64,000 bases of DNA from the human T2T-CHM13v2.0 reference genome, Homo sapiens: assembly GCF_009914755.1 (NCBI RefSeq), contig NC_060930.1, one strand, 5' to 3'. Below the pieces are notes generated by a model that saw nothing but the letters and a program-made list of their open reading frames with translations, had not been told where the DNA came from and made no database searches. Shown in pieces: positions 58,700 to 64,000 of this stretch. Made by a program: the position numbers and the translations under genes. How positions within the stretch are numbered: position 1 is the stretch's first letter; each line of letters begins with the position of its first letter.

Positions 58700-59505
58700 T
58701 TAAAATATTTGAATAGACACCTCTAAAAGAAGATACATATGTGATTAATAAGCATAAAAAAGATGTCTAACATCAGTAGTCTTCTGGAAATTATAAATAA
58801 AAACTTCATTGAGATTCCACTATGCACACATTAGTATGAGTAAAAAAATACCAACTATTAGTAAGGAACAAGTAAAAACAGTAAACACTACTGGTGGGGG
58901 TGAACAATGGTACAACCATTTATGAAAATTCATGAAAATTGCTTGATAGTTTCTTGTTAAATTCAATGCATACTTGCAATATGACCCAGGAATTTCACTG
59001 CTAGGTTTTTATCTAAGAGAAATAAAATATATACATGTGAGGATGTGTACCTGAAAGTTCACTGCTGCTTTATTCAAAATAACCAAAAACTGAGAACTGT
59101 AGCTTAACCATAAAGTACAACACTACTCGGAAATATAAAGAAGCAAACTACTGATATATGCAGCAAGATGGCTAAATTAGAAAAGTGTGTTGAACAAATG
59201 AACCCAGGCACAAAATAGTAATTAGTATGTGACTTAGCATATGATTCTATATATATGAATAGGATATTATATTAAATTATAGGACAGGCCAAACAAATTT
59301 ATAATTTCAGAGAGAAGTAAGATGTTACCTGTGTTGATAATGGGTTGTATCGACAGCAAAGGGGCAGAGAAGACCCTTTGGCAGAAATAAAAATACTTAA
59401 TTTACATGTTGATAACAAAGGTAAATACGTTCGTCAAAGTTTACCAACCTCTACATCTAAATAGATGCACTTAATTTTATAAAATCTATACTATTAAAGT
59501 TGAAT
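58700..59505 (+). mobile_element. Old L1ME-type 3' region
   Basis: ttgaatagacacctc..aaaagaagatacat...atatgacccaggaatttcactgctagg...aataaag-like end. Confidence 0.8.
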
Positions 59506-60473
59506 ATTTCATGATAAGCTTGATAAATGATGTTTGATAAAGCCATAGCATTTACAAGGTTCTTGAATGATTACAATATCAAATCAGCCATAAAAATTTG
59601 TAAAAGATGCAAGGTAGGACACATTTATACTGGAACAATGGCAGTATAAATGTGTTTTTTGCAAATGTGTGTATATTTGATTCCTATCACATTTTTTAAT
59701 AAACCTTTATATCACACAAATGGTCAAATTACCTGGATTAAATTGATGCCATACATGGTGGTTTATAATATAATAAACATTACAAGTGCTTTCCAAAATA
59801 TCTGTTAAAAATACACAATTTCTTTATTCTCAGTGATTATTCCCTTTATTCTTACATAGTATAAACGTAGCTAGCAGGTTTTTTAAAAAATGACTTTTAC
59901 TAGAAGCAGATATACCTCATCTTCACTATCTGTTTAATTTTCCTCCATAAATGTGTTGCAAACTTAAATGTGTGTCTCATAAACAGGACTGCCACTTAAG
60001 TGTCAAATATTGTCCCTGGGTATGCTTTCTAATCTGGTGACTTTCCAACAACACTCTATTTGGCATCTCAGCCATGTTTGACTGTGAAAAATAGGCATTT
60101 CTGGGAAATTTCTAAATTGTCTTTTTAGCCTAAGTGAACCAGAGGATATTTCAAGGATATCATATATATATAGCTCTTCCTGTCAAACTAGAAAGTTCAG
60201 TGAAGGTCTGAAATTTCTTCTTTCCTATCCTTAAAGAGCTGCTGTCCTCATTCTTGAAACTGCAGAGGAGTATATCAGCATGAAAGCTAATCCTGTGCCT
60301 TCAGTCACACTCACTGTAATCAGAGTTCCTCTTCCTCTCCAATACCAAGCGCATATGTGATAGGCATCATGGCTGAAACTACAGCAGTAGTGTCCACTGC
60401 TAAACGGACATGTTTGGCAAAGGGAGGACTCCCAGAAATACAGTACTTGTCGACTTTGCAGGAGACTGACTAA

Positions 60474-61247
60474 TAAGGATGCTAAATAAAATATTTGATG
60501 CCCAATTAAATGTGAATTTTAGATCAATGAATGAATTATTTTTAGTATAAATATGTCCCATGCAACATTTAGGACATACTTACTGTGATGTTTAATACTG
60601 AGTGTCAACCTGATTAGATTGAAGGATGCAAGGTATTGATCCTGGGTGGGTCTGTGAGGATGTTGTCAAAAGAGATTAACTTTTGAGCTAGTGGGCTGGG
60701 AAAGGCAGACCAACCCTTAATTGGGATGGGCCTAATCAGCTGCCAGCTTGGCCAGAATATAAAGCAAGCAGAAAAATGTAAAAAGCCCAGACTGTCTTAG
60801 CCTCCCAGCCTACATCTTTCTCCCATGCTGGATATTTTCTGCCCTCGAACATCGGACTCCAAGTTCTTCAGCTTTGGGACTCAGACCGGCTTCCTTGCTC
60901 CTCAGCTTGCAGATAGCCTATTGTGGAACCTTGTGATCATGTGAGTTAATACTACTTAATAAACTCCTAGGAGTTTTATTAAGTTTAATAAAGTTTATTA
61001 AGTTTAATAAACTAATAAGAGATATATATCTCTCCTATAGGATATGTATATAATTATATGTATATATATATAAAATATATATATTAATTCTGTTCCTCTA
61101 GAGAACCCTGACTAATACACTTACACTAAAGAAAATTGTTTGTTGCTTAATGGGACAAATTTATACTTAAAAAGTTATTGCTATTTATCTAAAATTCAAA
61201 CTCATTTGCATATCTTTCATTCTTATTTGCTAAATCTGGTAAACCTA
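60474..61247. mobile_element. MER53 palindromic hAT MITE, split by MLT2A
   Basis: gatgcccaattaaatgtgaatttt...atgtcccatgcaacatttaggacatactta and ...tttgctaaatctggtaaaccta. Confidence 0.85.
60584..61119 (+). mobile_element. HERV-L solo LTR MLT2A (MLT2A1/2)
   Basis: tgtgatgtttaatactgagtgtcaac...gagaaccctgactaataca; perfect 5-bp TSD cttac at 60579-60583 and 61120-61124. Confidence 0.95.
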
Positions 61248-63418
61248 GACTGGCAGGATAAAATAAAATCCAGTAAGATGTATATTATTACTTTTTAAAA
61301 AATACATGGGCTGTTGAGGAAAGGGAACTAGGTCTCACAGTGAACCCACTATGAACTTCAGAGGCATTGTGGAAAATATAAGGTTCATGTAGAAGTCTTT
61401 GTAAAATTTTTATTTAGTTGCCTGAATGTGGACAGCAGATATAAAATTAAGGAACATCTTAGATTTCAGTAAGCCCAGATATCACTAAGTTGCTAGAAAT
61501 GGTACATTCTAATTTTGAAAATTATGTTAGTTCTTTTGTTTCAAATCCTTCTAGAAAACAGTTGCATGGGGATGAGGGATAGTTTTACCTCTTAATTGTT
61601 TACAAAACAATCATAGAAATAAAATCTAGCAAGTCTTTTTTATTGATCACGTTTGCAGCAATATATGCATAAGCCTTACAGCTGAAATACTTTGCAATTT
61701 CCCATGAATATCTAGGATGAACAGGAACCAGGCTATTTTCTTAACGTCATAATGTACCTATCCAGTACAAACTAGAGTTATCTGGTCAAATTTGAACAAT
61801 ATCTCTAACCTAAATTGGATTATTCCAGGATAAACATTACTTTGGAGATTACATTTTCCCATCTGGTTCTCTTACTGATCATGAGAATCAGAAAATATCC
61901 CATTACCCACTTTATTATCACAGTAAGTTTGGGCTCCATACCTGCTCTAATTCTTGAAGTGGCATTATTATAAAATATTTCTGCACAAAGGATTTGGGTG
62001 GTTTTATCTGTATACTTTATGGATCATCGCATGGAGTCAGGCAGAGATGGCATCCATCTCATTCATTAAAGCTATTGTAGAAAGTGGCAGTGTGTGTGTT
62101 GGGCCTCTAGGGTGAGCCTGCTGTAACTTTCTCCTCAAGGGCCAGGTTATTACTGGGATCAGTCCAGTTTCTGTTTCCATATTTTCTGTATTGAAAAGAG
62201 AGGTTCTACCTGGGCTCCTCTCTACATCGACTTTTGTCAGCAGTTTCTTCCCATCTATCTGGCTTTTAGTAGGAATAATTAAGACATTTGTAACTTGGGC
62301 TGCTAACACTACAGTTAGGTTTTAGGATAACATACTGCAGGTTCAAGACAGTAACTAGTGGATTCCATGCCTTTGGTGATGGTACAGGCTTTCCCTTCCA
62401 TTGAAATTCTGTGTCTTCTTTAATGTCACAGTCAGTAGATTTTAACTGTAATCTGTATGGGTCCATCTCTTACTAATGATCCAGCGTGAAATGCTTTAGT
62501 GAGATTGGATTTTCTGAGCTAGCCCAGTAGTGGAGGTGTAGTAGATATAGGCAGAGGATGAGGAGGAAAAAGAAGAGGAAGATGGCAGGCTGGCTGCAGC
62601 AGTTTGGAAGGAAGTGCAGCCCAGCATTCTGCAGCAGGTAGTTAGAGCACAGACAGGCACATTTATAAGTTTACTACTCATGTGACACACTTGACCACAG
62701 CTTGGCAGGAAGAATTTTCTGAAAACGTCTTGATTTGTAGCCTCATTACTTCAATCTCTGTTTCTGTGATCACATTGTGCCTCCTTTTTTCCATGTGTAT
62801 TAAAGTTGAATTCAAAACTAAAAAAAAAAATTATCATAACAGGGCCACCAGTAAACAGCCACCATTTTGGCATCTCTGAGTCAAAACTTAAGCTTAATGA
62901 TGTTACAGACATGATTGAAGCACCTGAACCCATACAAGGTCATTTGTGTATAGACCTTGATTGACACTATTGTTTGGATACAACCAGAGAGAAGGAATGC
63001 ATAGGACAATTTTATAATCTTACCCGTTTGGGTTTTTCTTATGTTAAATCACCTTGGAAGTACAGTTGCATTTAAAACTTCCTGTACAGATTAATGCAGA
63101 AAAGTTGGGACATTTGGAGATTAGTTGAATAAAAATAGAACTTCGGTAGAGTTGGAATAAATGAAAACTTTCAAATCCAAATAGATGTTTTACAGATTTG
63201 CAATAGTTTACAACTTATCGTATTTGGAAGTAAATACTTAAAAATTGGCTAAGGAGACGCATAAAGGAATCTGCTTCCCTTTCCAAAAGACAGACTGAAA
63301 ATAACAGCAGAGATTCTATTGCAGAATTTAAGAGTAGGACATCAATGGGCGACGATTGAATATTTTTCTCCTTCTGTTGTTCACCTCCTCAGAAACATGT
63401 GTGAGATTGAATTTTTTC

Positions 63419-63545
63419 AAAAAAGAGGAAAGAAGGAAAGAAAGAAAGAGGGAAAGAAAGAAAGAAAGAAGGAAAGAAAGAAAGAAAGAAAGAAAGAGGC
63501 AAAGAAAGAAAGAAAGAAGGAAAGAAAGAAAGAAAGAAAGAGGCA

Positions 63546-63581
<36 letters not shown>

Positions 63582-63729
63582 GAAAGAAAGAAGGAAGGAA
63601 GGAAGGAAGGAAGGAAGGAAGGAAAGAAAGAAAGAAAAAAAGAAAGAAAGAAAGAAGGAAAGAAAAAGAAAAAGAGAAAGAAAAAAGAAAGAAGGAAAGA
63701 AAGAAAGAAAGAAAGAAGAAAGAAAGAAA

Positions 63730-63789
<60 letters not shown>

Positions 63790-63790
63790 G
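63419..63790. repeat. ~370-bp compound (GAAA)n/(GGAA)n polypurine repeat
   Basis: Almost exclusively A/G on the plus strand. Confidence 0.98.
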
Positions 63791-64000
63791 AGATATGTAA
63801 AAAGCACAAAAAAACCCAGGACAGCTATCAGTTCACAAAGACAAAAGTACACTACAAATACTTAGCATCTTGTCATTAATTGTCACACTGTTGCTTTTGG
63901 ACATTCTTGATTAGAGGAAAGGAAGTTGAAGTCTAGCCTGGCAAAGAGAGTATTTTCATTGCAAATCTACAACTTTATGGCTATAATTTTGAAAAATACA

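Larger units (their letters stand above)
59960..62628 (-). pseudogene. Decayed single-exon coding relic: signal-anchor protein with candidate TTL/ATP-grasp domain, interrupted by MER53/MLT2A
   Basis: ctaac...ctgcag|A ATG start; hydrophobic AIFLFFFLLILCLYLL; long protein-like frames broken by stops and frameshifts; 76-codon frame restored when the transposon is removed; motif order reminiscent of TTL family. Confidence 0.55.

Noticed and set aside
62035-62640. Retroviral env reading of the coding relic (CHLC resembling CWLC; LQN resembling the immunosuppressive domain)
   Set aside because: Motifs are in the wrong order, and there is no furin site/TM subunit, upstream pol or matching flanking LTRs.
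63319-63879. Four long K/E/R-rich or F/L/S-rich ORFs
   Set aside because: Artefacts of the stop-free (GAAA)n repeat.

Overview
AT-rich, CpG-poor, repeat-dense human genomic DNA. A human-specific L1HS-Ta copy, Alus, primate L1PAs and MaLR/ERVL LTRs support human origin. I see no intact cellular protein-coding gene, RNA gene, CpG island or CRISPR array; almost all supplied ORFs are repeat-derived or chance. Beyond the repeats, four things stand out. (1) A heavily decayed ~1.9-kb single-exon coding relic on the minus strand (~59960-62628) has an N-terminal signal-anchor followed by motifs in TTL/ATP-grasp order, and is split by a MER53 that carries a nested MLT2A LTR; it is a candidate unannotated unitary pseudogene. 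(2) A 5'-truncated L1HS-Ta insertion fuses in frame with flanking DNA. (3) Two short plus-strand exon candidates (25 and 38 nt) suggest the window may be intronic. (4) There are several local templated duplications and inversions of 70-220 bp. Repeat subfamily names and protein motif matches are recognised from memory by eye, not from a database search.
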